Shown here piece after piece: positions 1-14,567 of a DNA stretch of 64,000 nt (its first letter is position 1; each line of letters starts with the position of its first letter). The translations under genes and the position numbers were made by a program. The stretch comes from the human T2T-CHM13v2.0 reference genome, Homo sapiens: assembly GCF_009914755.1 (NCBI RefSeq), contig NC_060937.1. The stretch is one strand, 5' to 3'. Below the pieces are notes generated by a model. It made no database searches, had not been told where the DNA came from, and worked only from the letters and a program-made list of their open reading frames with translations.

Positions 1-119
1 AGGTGATAGGTGTGATAGGTGTGTGGGCTCTGGATTGGTTGGTTTGCATTTTGAAGAGGGCCCTCTTGGGTGAGCTGTTTTCCATCTATTGGAATTAGTA
101 ACCTTGGGAGGATGGCACC

Positions 120-228
120 AAGCTGTCCACCCCCATGATCCAAAAGTTTCCCACTGGGCCCCACTTTCAATACCTGAGATCACATTTCAACATGAGATTT
201 GGAGAGAACAAACATCCAAACTATATCC
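120..228. mobile_element. MaLR (MST-type) LTR fragment
   Basis: Signature cccatgatccaa...acatttcaacatgagatttgg...aaacatccaaactatatc. Confidence 0.7.
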
Positions 229-349
229 CTAATCTTGTCAAAATGAAAATATATTCCAGTCATTGGATTTTCTAGTATTGTATGAAGATGAGGCTGGTTG
301 TATGATTAGGAGGTTTGAAACTCTATAAACTCCTTAAGTAGGAAGTTAA

Positions 350-674
<325 letters not shown>

Positions 675-1367
675 ATATCATCTCCTTTTTGAGGAGAGGG
701 GTGAAAGGGATGCCTAGGATGTTGGAGAAGGCTTTTCTGAAGTGTCTGGTGATCCTTGACTCTTATTTAAGTCTGAGGCACTAAAAGCTGGTGCACTCTG
801 GGTGCTTGGGGAGATTTTGACAGGTGTTACTGCCTGGGTGGCAGTTTCAGCAGGGGAAAGCCTCCCTCCCCAGTGTTCATATTTGTAGATCTTTTCTCTT
901 CAAACATTCCCCAGGAAGGAATGCTCCAGTGTTTTTGGATGGGAGTAAAAGCCAGGCTGCCTGTGTTCTAGGAGCCAAGTGGAACAAGAGGTTGGGGAGC
1001 TGTCTCACCAGTCATTGTAGACTTTGATTTAGTATTCCTGTTTCCAGTACATTTCCTCCCCTACCTTTAGCTATGCCTAGAGTCCCAAGTTCAAATTCTT
1101 TAATTTACCTTTCTTTTCCAGAGAGTAAAACATCCTGGGTTGGGTGGAGGAAGACAGCCCAGGAAGGGAGAAGGCATTCTTAAAAGGAGTTTTAAAAGCC
1201 ACCCCACCTGTTTTATCTCCCCTCAATTCCCGTTTCGCACTTACCTGGTGCCTCCTACTCCTGAGCCTTTTGTAGGGAGGGAGAAGGTTCTGTGGCTCAG
1301 GTGGGCTTACTTGCTTGGGTTGGTAAATGGGGACATTCACCTGCTGCCCCCAGTTAGCAGCCTAGGT

Positions 1368-1857
1368 GTACCAAAATGCCAGAGGTTTGTCTAGGTCCAG
1401 TTGCGTGCCACACAGAAAGCCAATCACTGAGACAATGAGTGTTGCTAGGGAAGAAAGCTTTGATTGGGTGCTATAGCTCAGGAGATGGAGATAAGCCTCA
1501 AATCCATCCTCCTGACCTACTAAAATTAGGGGTTTATGTAGCAGGAAGAAAGGTAACTATATGTGAGAAAACAGGAATTAGGGAGAGATAAGGAAGAGGA
1601 GTTGGTCAACAGGGAACAGGTGGTCTTAAGCAGTCATGATGGGTGAGGAGTCTGACTTCTCATGGTCCAGATGAGATGATCTAGTAAGTTTTAGTTTTTT
1701 AATACTACCTGGAAGGCCGGATGGATGGTTGCCTGAGAAAGCAATTCAGATAAGACAAATGTAACTTGCTCAGGCTTCAAGACTCGGAGGGTCAGTTTCT
1801 ACGTTTATTCAAAGAAACCATAAACACCAGTTCTGTGGGACAACTGGGGTGATGTCA
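1368..1857 (-). mobile_element. ERV1 (MER4-group-type) solo LTR
   Basis: TG...CA bounded; gaaagccaatcactgagacaatgagt signature; subfamily not assigned. Confidence 0.6.
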
Positions 1858-2239
1858 TAATGGTGGCCTTTCCTGTCTCTTAATCTGGTTAAGTGGTCTT
1901 CAGGTTTGTGGCTTGTGTCTCCTCTCTTGCTCTTGATACATGTGGACTTTTTGCCTTTCCTCTCTCTCCTCATTTCAGTGAAGAGAGAAGTCAGAAATAT
2001 GGAATATATTATTTTTCTATGAAGTGAGATTATACTATACATGTACCTTCAGGCTCTATAAAACTCACTAAAGTAATTCACTGTTTGTTGCATTTTAGCT
2101 GATTCTGTCACATAGAAATTTTAGGATAATGAAAATTCCTGGAAAATAGTCAATTTTCAAGGGAATTAAAATTCCAGATTTGTTAAAATGTGAATATGAG
2201 CTTATAAAGAATGTGTTTTCAATTTTCAGATTGTGAACC

Positions 2240-2372
2240 ATGCCTTTAGTGAAGAGGAACATTGAGCCCCGGCACTTGTGCCGGGGAGCTCTGCCTGAAG
2301 GGATTACCAGCGAACTTGAATGTGTAACCAATAGTACTCTTGCCGCTATCATACGCCAGCTGAGCAGTCTGA
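2240..2372 (+). CDS. WASF3: WASF3 first coding exon (exon 2230-2372), WAVE homology domain N-terminus [14 protein letters not shown]...IIRQLSSL
   Basis: Acceptor ttttcAG at 2228-2229; ATG at 2240 in context aaccATG; donor GTAAGC at 2373; 133 coding nt; translation matches the WAVE3 N-terminus as I recall it. Confidence 0.97.
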
Positions 2373-3843
2373 GTAAGCCATCTTTTTTCTGATTACCAAT
2401 GACATTAACTTTTTGTTAGCAAATTGATTTTAATAGTTAAATGATTGTCCAAAGAAGAGATTGCAGCTTTAAGGAAAAGATCCTTTCTCCTTCTGTATTT
2501 CCCAGTATGAAATTGACCACTGCACCTGTACTGGGCTTGTGATGCTTAACTTTAGGCAATGAAGATGTGATGCTCTTACCAACTCACAAATTATTAGATG
2601 AGATCAAATGTACAGATTTAAAATAGTGTTAATTTTTAAAAGCTTTTGAAAATGAAGATAATTGGTAATTTTTTAAACTATCAATTATTATGAATTATTT
2701 TGTTAAACTTGAATAGGACCAATTGTTTTGTTTTTTAAGTGTAATAGATTGAAAACTAGTTAACACCTGTAATATGCCTGGCACATAGTACCTACTTAAT
2801 AAATATCTGTTGATTGAATAACATCCCAAATGAACCATAGTATAAAGCCAAACAATAGATTTGCTGATTTTAACCTACTAAAAGTTAAAATGCAGATACT
2901 GATTTCCGCATTGAGGTGAACAGATCAGCTGGTTATTTTATGTATATGGTACCACGTATATATTGGCATGCATAGATGTATGGCAAATGCAAGCTAGGAA
3001 GAAAAGGCTGCTTCTTATTCTCATTTTGAATATTAATATTAAATATCTGAAGAATATTTTATAAGACTCAAATATGCATGAAAATGCTTTTTCCTTCAAA
3101 GCTTTTTGAAGTTGCACTATTTTCCCCCAAACTTTTACATTTATTTTCTGATCTTGTTTTCTCACTTCATCCTGCTCCTTTTCAGTTTAGGTGGTTTATG
3201 TGGCATTTTTGGTGACAGGTTTTCACAGTTAAATTTTTCAGAAATTCTGTTAATAACTAGAAAATCTTCCATGAAATGTCCCATATTGGTAGCCTCAAGC
3301 GAAGGGCAAATTTTTTTTTAACTCAACTACTTTTATTTATCTTGAAGAAACGCTGCAGGTAAGTATTGGTTTCTTTAATAGAGTTGTACTGTATTGTTAC
3401 GGATATATTTTTAATAATATCTATAATCATTAGCTAAGGCAAAAGTATGTAAAGAAATTACATAAAATGTTTTTTAAAATAAAATTTTCCTGGAATCTAA
3501 GCTCTTATGATTGACTTTTGGTAGTGGTAATTGATAAAAATATACAAATTCACATAATTACATGAAGACTGCTTGTAAATTATTGAAGGGTAAAATTGTT
3601 TTTGCGTGTATTTATTTTTGTAGGAATGCTTTTAGTCTCTTGTTTTTATGGCTGAAATGCCTGTTGGCACAAAGTGTAAGTGATGAAAGCCGACATAAAC
3701 TGTCAGAGTTTTAATAATCAATCTGTATCTCATGCTGTAATAATCGGCGGAGTGTTGTGTTAGTTGTGTTTATGGTGTTTGCTTGGCCACAGTCTCCTGT
3801 AAGTGAATCTGCCCACACAGTATGCCTTGTTCTACATGGCCCT

Positions 3844-4345
3844 TGTGGTAAATAGAATAGTAATAGCCCCTCCGGATATGTCCATGTCCTTATCCTTGGA
3901 ACCTGTGGATGTGTTATGTTACGTGTAAGAGGGAATTAGGATTGCTAGTCAGCTTACTTTAAGAGAAGGAGATTACCCTGGTTTATCTGGTTTGGTTCAG
4001 TGTAATCCACAAGGGTTCTTTAAATGGGAAAGGAGGGAGGTAGAAGAATCAGTGCCAGGGTGACGTGATGTGGGAAGGACCCAACTGCCATTGCTGGCTT
4101 TGAAGATGGAAGAAGAGGGGCCATGAGCCAAGGAATGCAGGCAGACTGGAGAAGCTGGAGAAGGCAAGGAAATTGGTTCTCTCCTGAAGTCCCCAGAAAG
4201 AACACAGATCTGCCCGTACATTAGTTTTAGCCCAGTGAAATTCGTTTCTGACTTCTGACATCCAGAACTGTAGGATAGTAATTGGTGTTATTTTAAGCTG
4301 TTATGTTTGTGGTAATTTGATACAACAGCAATAGGAAACCACTCT
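3844..4345. mobile_element. MLT1-type MaLR LTR
   Basis: Signature ggccatgagccaaggaatgcaggcag...agaagctggagaaggcaaggaa...tccagaactgtag. Confidence 0.85.
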
Positions 4346-5049
4346 AGCTTTGGTTGTGTTTTGTACCACCCAATCCACTGTAGCCTCATGATTGGGCCGG
4401 GGCTGGGAACCTGCCTAGTGGATAGTCAGTTCTGAGTTACGCTACTGCAGTGCATCTCAACCTGGCTTCTCTATCAGAGTCACTTGGTGAGCTTTAAAAC
4501 AGGATGCTAGGAATCACCCGAGAGATTGTGCTTCCGGTAAGCACCAGAGATGACCCACAAAATTAGACACCCATGTGTCTGGATGGAAAAGATGAGCTGG
4601 GTGAGTCAGATCCTTTCAGGAAGTTCGAACTAAGAAATGCAGTGAATTTGCTAGTCTCTTATGAGACCTACTGCTAAAATGTCATCTGGGGGTGAAAAAG
4701 CCGTAATGACCACCGGTTAGGCAGAGTTGTGGAGGGGGCTGAACCCGGGAGGAAGCAGAAGGAAGCCAGTTGATGAGGAAAGGCAAAAGAAGGATGTACA
4801 AAGAGAAGCAAGAACATGAGCGAGACCGCAAGGCCCACAAGGTGGAGGCAGCAGCTGCTTCTTGACCTGCCCAGGATGGCTTTCCCCTCCCATTTGTGGT
4901 GCAGGGCTTGGGTGTCCTCACAGTGACCCTTCCTCACTTCAGGTTCGTTGAGTGCATCTGGGGCTTACAACCCAAAGAGCATTACAGAAAGAGAAGCACA
5001 GTGATATATACTGCCAAGGATATAATTTTGGAAAACGAAGATAATTGAG

Positions 5050-5413
5050 TGCAATGAACTGAATGTTTGTGTCTCCCAACAATTCCGCGTTGAAATCCTA
5101 ATCCTCATTGTAATGGTCTTTAGAGCTAGGATTTTGGGGAAGTAAGAGGTCATGAGGTGGAGTCCTCATCAATAAGATTAGTGCCCTTATTAAAAAGGCC
5201 TGAGAGAGACACCTTGCCCCTTCTGCCTAGTGATGCCAAAGCAATGAGGCACTGTCTTGAAGAAGAGAGAGCAACCCTCACTAGACACCAAATCTGCTGG
5301 CACCTTGACTTTGGAATTCCCAGCCTCCAGAACTGTGAGAAATAAATTTCTATTGTTTATAAGCCACCTACTCTGTGGTCTTCTGTCATAGTAGCTCAAA
5401 TTGCCTGTGACAC
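5050..5413. mobile_element. MST/MLT1A-type MaLR LTR
   Basis: Signature aatctgctggcaccttgacttt...ccagcctccagaactgtgagaaataaatttc. Confidence 0.85.
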
Positions 5414-5481
5414 TGAATTACTGATTGGTGATAGAATATCAAAGTAGATTATCTGTAGTTTATTAGTGTTTATTCATTCAT

Positions 5482-5956
5482 TCTTCTTTGTATTTCATAG
5501 AATTATATCTCGTATCAGGTACATGATTGTGATTATCAGCAGCCTAAAGTAGTAGTCTTCCTTAAAAGATGCCGTTTTATGGGAGTAGACATTCTCTGTT
5601 TTAATCTACTATTCTTTTACACACGTTGTCTGGCAAAATAAATAAAAATATAAATATAAATGTGAGACAGGTGGAAAAGGAAAAATATGTGACCTGTAAT
5701 CAAGAGAAACAGAAGTCAGTCAGTAGAAGCAAGACCCACAGATGACCCCAATTTTGGAAATAACTGATGAGTACTTTAGAATAGTTATGAAAAATTTATT
5801 GAGGGGGCATCCAGTTTCTGGTCTGGCTTTTAAAGAGTTTGGAAGTCACTCCTGTCTACACAATAAGAGGAAGTTCAATAATCTGAAAACCAGCCTTTTG
5901 AAAGATCCATGTAAGAACTGAAGTTACAGGACAAACTGATGCCCCCAAATTTGGAA
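5482..5956 (+). repeat. Local direct duplication, copy 1 (copy 2 at 9069-9533)
   Basis: Manual alignment gives ~20 substitutions plus 10 extra nt over ~465 bp. Confidence 0.95.
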
Positions 5957-8900
5957 AGTAAGTACAGGGGACAGCAAATAACTTTGAATTGGGTTCTGCT
6001 TAGAAGTTAACCACATTTATAATTTTAAAAATAATTGATAAGTCACATCAACATGATTATAAAGTAGGAAACAGATATGCAGTTATTACAACCTGCTACA
6101 AGACAACACTAGCACATAGTAAATGATGTCAATGTTTTGCATGAATCTTTAGTTGTTCGTGGTTTGCCACTGGATATTAATATATTACAGGGGATGAGGA
6201 AAGTTATATGCAAATATATATGAGCTAAAGTTGTTAGGAAGAATAAGAGAATGTAAAGGAATGTTTTTATGTTATTTTTAAATTTTGTAATCATTCATCA
6301 GGTATTTAAAAATTTTAGGAATGTATGAGCCTATAGTATTAAAAGTCTTCTTTTACAGAGTGTTCATTCCTGTGACAAAGTCAAAACATAATCTGTTTTT
6401 AAATTCCTTTGGGTACTTACCCGGCCATTATTCAGTGGGTCCAAATGAGAATGGATCATCTTAATCCTCCCCACTTCACTGCTCACCCCCCACACCTGTG
6501 TCACTCCCCTCCCACCCTTACCTCCACTCCCCACAGCAGAAAATCATTTTCAGGTACAGATTGGGATAGATGATGTTTAATTATCTGCTTCCTGTAAGTG
6601 ATACAGAGGGGGACTAGACTTTCTCTACATATGTATCTTAGGGGAAACACCAGTGCAACTTAGGGATTTGCCTTGAGCCTGCCCTGGTCATCCCTGCTTG
6701 AGCAGCAGGAACTTGCCCTGGGAGACCTACTGTGAAAACCCAGGGCAACTAATTGTTCTAGGGAAGGAAAAACAGACCAGGACTCCACAGGGAGTTTCTT
6801 TGGTCTTTTCTAAATAGGAAGAGAGTTACCTGATCATTCTGATTCTTGTCACACTTATGGAGACAGTTCAGGGTCATGAGGATTTAAATGACTTTGCATA
6901 AAGCAAGAAAAGAATCTGGTCTTAGATAGCAAATGGAATTCTGAAGGCCCTACAACTTTACATAACTTTTAGGAAATCTGTAGGTTTTTAGCTCTGGATA
7001 TGCTCTTACTACATCCAAATCAGACACTTCACTTCAAGGGCCAGAAATTTTGTCACCGTTAAATTTTTAACAGGCTTTTTAGGGAATTGAAATCTTTCCA
7101 GTGAGACTATATTGAATTTGGTAACAGTCATAGAAATGAAAGAGAGGAAATTTGTAACATGAATGACGATATAGTTTAAAAAGATCACCACATTCAAAGG
7201 TTTGTCCAATAATTTTTTTTAAGTCTGTTTTAATTTTCAGATTTTTTTCTTTGAGTGTTACTTCTGATACAGTACAGTGTGAGCAATCAGAGTGGCTGGG
7301 GGAGGATAGCCACTTGGCAAACAGTTTTAGGTGTGTTACTTGGTTTTCCAGCTAGGGAATTTTGATTTTTTTTTCTTCAAATAATGACAGTTTAGTGTTA
7401 ATTAACATTAAACCGGGAGTGCTTTTTCATCATTTTCCTTGATTAATAATCTGAATGCTCTTGTTCCTGTCAGCTAGTTGATCAATTAAAATCACAGTAT
7501 CTTGTAATCAGATTCCTACTGGTATTATGATGTAGTTTCAATATAATTTGCTTAAAAAGGAGATGACATTTGTGCCAAGGATGACAAAACTTCTTTTTAA
7601 TACCTCATATGTATGGTTTTGCTACTTTTTTTTTCTTTGTTCTTGTGATAATAGCTGTTTTTCGCTCCTCCCCCATAAAATTCTTCTCAGGATGTCACAA
7701 AGAAAGGAGTTAGAAATTTAGTGAGCCCTGCCGAAAAAAAAAAATTTGGCGACATTAATGGTACTATTAAGATAATATAGAAAATTTAGCATAGAAACAC
7801 ACAAAAGAGTCAACTTTACAAAATTCCGTTAATCAGAAAAAATTGTAATACTTTGAACATATTTTTATACAGATGGTATTTCATTGTACATATGGTTTTA
7901 TAGCCCATACTCACTGTACAGTAAACATCTGTATTCTTATAAGACACATTTTTGAATAGCTGTAGATTATTATATTGATACACCATAATTATTTAACCAT
8001 TTTACTAATGTTGGACATATAGTTATTTGTGGGGGAACGCTATTATAAATTCTTACTCAAAATAATTACATACATCTCTGGTTGTTTTTGATTTTTTTAA
8101 AAAAGATTTCTTATGTCTTAGGAGTCATCAGGCTTCTTCATAATGAGCAGGGATAGTCGTCATAAATGGCCCAAAATCCTGTGACTCCATTAATTTTAAA
8201 TATGCTTCTCTCTTTGCAAATCATTATAAAATCTATTTAATTTTCATGTGTGGAGTAATTGTACAAATGAGAAAGGAAGTCTGTTTTCTTTTCAAAGGTT
8301 TTTAAGTGATTGTTTTTATTAATACTCCTTAAGACACACATTGTGTTTCCCAGTCAACCAAATGCACTCTAATTCAGTTGCTTTATATAATTGGATCTGA
8401 AATTTGGAGGTGTGTTAATTGACATAAGTGCAGTTCTACTCAGGATAAAGATTTAAGAATTTTAAAGGCATGCGCTGAATAACTTTCTTGGATGTTTTTA
8501 GCCAAACAAGATTTTTTGGGGAGGTGAGGAAGATAGAACACAGTTTATGAAGGAACTAGATTATAAGTAAATTTCTGTACAGTTTGAGGCTAGGGTTGTG
8601 GGTAAGTTAAGATAAAATATATTGAGGTGTCCGACCGAAGTTGACTGGGAGGAACACAGCAAGAATTTAAGAATTTTTAATGCTGCAAACTTATTTTTGC
8701 ATCTCTCATGAACAAAGAAAGCCAGTGCAGGTAGGTAAAAAGTAATGTATACTTAGGAAACTAGAAGATAGAAGTTCTGTCAGCAGGAGAATTGATGGCA
8801 AGTATAAGAGCCCCACCACCCCGACAAAAGGCAGGATTATAGGGGATTCACACTCTCATTACCCATTGACCCGGAATGTCAGAAATACTTTCTTAAGGGT

Positions 8901-9068
8901 ATTGTAGAAGTAATTATTAGTTAGGTTTTTTATTTCTCCTTCCTCCATATGGATTTTAATATAGCAAGATTTAATGCATCATAATTCTTAGGAGCACAAG
9001 TTAGAGAGTCAGCCAAATCTGAATTTTCAGTTCTGGCTATCACTAAATTTATCTGGTTTTATCATCTC

Positions 9069-9533
9069 TCTTCTTTGTATTTCATATAATTTTATCTCAT
9101 ATCAGGTACATGATTGTGATTATCAGCAGCCTAAAGTAGTAGTCTTCCTTAAAAGATGCCGTTTTATGGGAGTAAACATTCTCTGTTTTAATCTACTATT
9201 CTTTTACGTACGTTGTCTGGCAAAATAAAAATATAAATATGAGATAGGTGGAAAAGGAAAAATATGTGACCTGTGATCAAGAGAAACAGAAGACAGTCAG
9301 TAGAAGCAAGACCCACAGATGACCCCAATTTTGGAAATGGCTGATAAGTACTTTCGAGTAGTTATGAAAAATTTATTGAAGGGGCATCCAGTTTCTGATC
9401 TGGCTTTTAAAGAGTTTGGAAGTCACTCCTGTCTACACAATAAGAGGAAGCTCAATAATCTGAAAACCAGCCTTTTGAAAGATCCATCAAAGAACTGAAG
9501 TTACAGGACAAACTGATGCCCCCAAATTTGGAA
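9069..9533 (+). repeat. Local direct duplication, copy 2
   Basis: Matches 5482-5956 and continues into an old L1 remnant. Confidence 0.95.
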
Positions 9534-9769
9534 CAGAAAGCCTTGTGGGAACCGTTTCAGGGTTGCAGAAACTTGGTGAGTTGCTGGAGGCTCATTGAGG
9601 ACAAATTTGAGAGTTAAAAGCTCCAGAAGGGCCCAGTCAGAGGGGCTTCCACACTTGTGTGTTTTTCTGCCAGCAACTTTACCAGGTTCTTACATTGAAG
9701 ATTGGAGAAAAATCTCTTTGTTCGTCCATTCAGGAGAGGGGAATGGACTTTAAAACAAGCCCAAAACAT

Positions 9770-10044
<275 letters not shown>

Positions 10045-11049
10045 GCGCCCAAAACATTTGACTCTTTTTAACATGCCTGCCCTCAAAAGAAATTATTTCA
10101 ACAGAGCCTAACAGACTGAGATTTTACCAGAGCTTAACAGACCTGGTTGGAGGGAAATACCCAACTCCAGTCCCTTCTGGTCGTCCTGCCTAACCTGAGG
10201 GGAAGCGGGAGTGAGACCCAGGGCCCCAGGCTCACTAGAAGACTGAGACCCCAGTCATAGGACTGTATAACACTCCCTTTTCACTGCCCCTCACCCGACA
10301 CCCTACCAGCACAGCATTAAAGGCCTGTGTAGTGGGATTCCTTTCACCTTGTTTGTCATGTCTGGTTTTCATCAGAAAATTACAAAGCATACTAAAAGGC
10401 AAAAAACACAGTTTGAAGGTACAGAGCTAGCATCAGAACAAGATTCAGATATGGGAGGAGTGTTGGAATTGTCAGACCAGGAATTTAAAAGAACTATGAT
10501 TAATATGCTGAGGGATCTAATGGAAAAGTAGATAACATGCAGGGACTGATAGGTAATGTCAGAAAGATGGAAATTCTAAGAATCAAGAAAAATATATTGA
10601 ATGTACTGCAAAAGATGAACAACGTGTGAGGAAATAGCAGTTTCAGCAGAGAAATGGAAATCATTTTTTTAAATGCCAGAACTGAAAAATACAGTATCAG
10701 AAAGAAAGAATTCATCTGATGGACCTAATAGCAGACAGGACCCAGCAGAAGTGATTGGTGAACTTGGAAATAAGTTAATAGAAATTATTTAAAGTGATTC
10801 ACAAGAGAAAATGAATTTAGAAAGCAACAACAAAATTTTAGAGCATTCAAAATATGGGACCATATCAAATCGTCTGACACATACGTAATTGGAATCTCAG
10901 AACAAAAGGAGAAAAAGAGAAGGAATAGAGCAGAAGAAGTAATGGAAGATAAGTTTTGAATATTGATGATAGATATCAACTAACAGACACAAGAAACTCA
11001 GCAAATTCCTGAAAGTATAAAGAAAACCACGTCATAATAAAATTGCTAA

Positions 11050-11318
11050 GGAGGCCAAGGCAGGTGGATTACTTGAGGCCAGGAGTTCGAGAGCAGCCTC
11101 GCCAACATGATGAAACCCCACCTCTACTAAAAATACAAAAATTAGGCTGGTACAGTGGTGCATGCCTGTAGTCTCAGCTACTTGGGAGGCTGAGGCATGA
11201 GAATGGCTTGATCCTGGTGGCAGAAGTTATAGTGAGCTGAAATTGCACCACTGCACTCCATCATAGGCAACAGAGCAAGACTCTAAAAAAACACAAAAAA
11301 CAAAAACCAAAAACCAAA
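11050..11318 (+). mobile_element. Alu, 5'-truncated
   Basis: Begins at ggaggccaaggc and ends in an A-rich tail. Confidence 0.9.
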
Positions 11319-12899
11319 AATTTTGCTAAAGGAACAGAGATGAAGAGAAAATCTTAAAAGAAGAAAGAGGAAAAATATACATCATGTAAAAGAAGGGAAC
11401 AATGTTAAGGATGACAGCTGACTTGTCATCAGAAACATTGGACCAGAAAACAGTGGGTAAGTGCTAAAAGGAAGAAACTTGTCATTCTATAATTCTATAG
11501 TCAGTGAAAATATATTTTAAAAATGAAAGACATTTTGTTCAGACAAAAGTCTCAGAGAATTAGTCCTCCAGCAACCTGTACTACAAAAAATTCTTAACGC
11601 TTCAGGGAAATGATACCATTTGGAAACCTGGATCTGCAAGGAGTCCAGACAAAGTAAATATGGGATTAAATAGAAAAGGTCATCAATAATTAGGTCTGTA
11701 TCTGCTTAAAAGACTAGTAACTGTTTAAAATTTATGGCATTTATAATGTATGTGACAGTAAAATATGTGACAGTAAATGCTGAGTGTGAAAGTGATAAAT
11801 AGACTTACACTGTTGTGTTTTACATTGTTTATGAAGTACTATGTTATTTGAAAGTAGAGATGAGTTAAGGGTACATAGTATAATTTCTAGTAACCATCAA
11901 GAATAACATAGATATCAAATGAAATCCTAAAATAATGATTTGATTATCCCAGAAGGCAAGAAAGGAAGAACAAAGGAAGAAGGAACAGAAGGGCCAAATG
12001 GAAAACAGTCAGATGATAGATTGAATCCTAACCACATCAATAATTTCTTTAAATAGAAACATTTTAAACTTCCTCTTAAAAGGCAGAGATTATCAGGTTA
12101 AATTAAAAAGTGAGACTAAAATACATGCATTTTGAGGATGAAGACACTGATTTAAGGAAAGTTAATGAAAAAATATGCCCTGCAAACACAAGTTATAAGA
12201 AAGCTGGTGTGGTTTTGTGAATGTCAGATAAAATAGAATATAAAACAGATAAGCCAGGACCTTTAATGGTGATAAAAGAGTCAAGAACACAGAGCTTTAA
12301 ATGTATATGTACCTAACAAGAGGACTGCAAACTACATGGAATAAAAATAGAACTGAGGGGAGAAGTAGGCAAACTCAAAATCATAGTTGGAGATTTTAAC
12401 AAGTACCGCTCAGTAATTGAAAGAACAAGTGGACAGAAAATGTGTAAGGATATAGGGGGTTTGAACAATATACCAGCCAGTCTGACTTAATTCATCTTTG
12501 TATACCAAACTCCCAAGTTGTAGAATACACATTCTTTTAATTTCCCGTGAAACATACACCAAAACGGGACATCTGGTAGGCCATAAAATAGTAAGTTTTA
12601 AAAGATTAATATACAGAGAGTGATGATAATGAGATAATTATAATCTTTTTAGATAATGCTCAAATATTGGAAAATCAAACAGTATTTAAAAAATAATCCT
12701 TGGGTCAAAGAAAAACTCAAAAGGGAAGTTAGAAACTATTGCTAACCATGTGGTAGTGAACACAAAATGCCATTGTATTTGTGGGATTTTGTTAAAGAAG
12801 TGTATAGAGAAAAATTTGTAGCTTTAAATGTTATGTTAGAAAAGAAGAAAGGTTTAAAATCATGAGCCCATGCCTTAGGTAGGGCCCTTGGTGTTGCTC

Positions 12900-14567
12900 A
12901 GCATTCCCGTTGTAATCTCTGTGTTAATTAATTTTTGTGCTCTTAGTTGCCTATTTCATATCTTTCCACCTCGCACCTCCCCACTCTGCTGATGACTGTG
13001 CTTCTTATTTCACTGGTAAAAGAAAAGCAATCAGAGCAGAAGTAAAGGTCTCCCTCTGACACATTGCACGCTGATAGGCTCTGCATCCACGTGTCCTGTT
13101 CACCCTCCCTTAAATGGATGGGCTGTTCATGCTCCTATCCATGCTGTCTCCTCCAACGGAGCACTGGATCCCATATCCTCAGGGTGCTTCCAGGATACAT
13201 GTACCTTCTTTCTTCTCTGTATTATTTTTCCCCCTCTTTCTGTGTCATTCTCATCAAGTATAAATATGCAAAGAAGTCTCCCAATTTGAGTAAATTTCAG
13301 ATCATCCTCTCCCTGTCATCCCATTTCTTGCTCCCACAGCAAGATTCCTTGAAGGATGTATTCATATCTCCATGGCCTCTATTTCCCACATTGTTTGTTG
13401 TCCCCATTGAGATTTCATCACACTCAACGCTTTTGAAACTGTGCTTATTGGCATGACCAGTGACTCGCATGCTGCTAAAATCCAGTGGCCAGGATCAGCC
13501 TTCTTACTTCATCTGTTACTGGCATGCGACTCACAGATAACTGTCTCCTCTGGAGAAACTCTCTTCACCTGCACAGTGGTCCGCCACCTCACTCTGGTGT
13601 TTTTCCTACCTCCCAAGCTGTGCTTTGTCTCCTCAGTGATCTTCCCCACTTGGCTCTTCTCTGCCTGTTCTCATTTACTAAGTGACCTCATCAGGTTCCA
13701 TGGCTCAAAGTAACATCTTTATGCTGATGATGTTCAAATGTGTGTCTTCAGTTCTGACCTATCTCCTAGTTTCAAACTTATATACAACTGTACAACTGTC
13801 CACTCGGTGTCTTCACTTGGATTTCTAATAGGTATCTCTAATCCCACATGTCTAAAATTTCACTTATGATTTCTTTCTCTCTTTGCCAGCCATCCCCTAT
13901 CTGTCTTAGCAAGTGGAAGCTCTCCTCTTACAGTGCTTTTGATTGTCTTCTTTCTCTCCTATCAGAGACATCCAGTCCAATAGTGAAATGACGTCAGTCA
14001 TCTTCAAAATGTGTAGCAAGTCTGTATGCCTGTTAGCTGCCCTGATGTCACTATTCCGATCCAAGTCACTATGCCTCTTGCCTTCTGTTGGATTTCCAGT
14101 CACTCCCCACCGACCCCCGCCCCAACACAAAGGGAAGGGCATCTATTTCTCTGTCCTCTTCTTCTACCCTTTTCCCCATCACTCACTAGCCTTTAGCCAC
14201 ACTGGCTTCCTTGATGTTGCTGACATACACCAAGCACATATTTGTCTTCAGCCTGGAAGGTTCTTTCCCTAGATATTCATCTTCCCCCTCTTCAGTCACT
14301 TGATACCATCCTATCAGAGAGGGCTTTTGTGACCACTGAAATACCACCACCCACTTCCTTCCACTCTGTTCTCTATAAAAAATATTGCTTTATTTTCCCC
14401 ATAGCACTTATTTTCACCAGACATATTGCTTGTTTATTGTCTGTTTTCCTCAACCATAATACACCCTTCATGAGAACAGGGGCTGTGTCCACAAGTATAT
14501 TTCTTCAAGCAACAAGGACAAGGCCTGATACACAGTCGATGCTTGAATATTTGCTGAAAAAATGAAT
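12900..14567 (+). mobile_element. L2 LINE 3' part with RT YADD remnant
   Basis: tat gct gat gat (YADD) at 13720-13731; 3' end gaatatttgctgaaaaaatgaat. Confidence 0.75.

Noticed and set aside
5517-5524. AG|GTACAT recursive-splice-like site (both duplicate copies)
   Set aside because: Weak donor in an intron of only 22.6 kb; no further support
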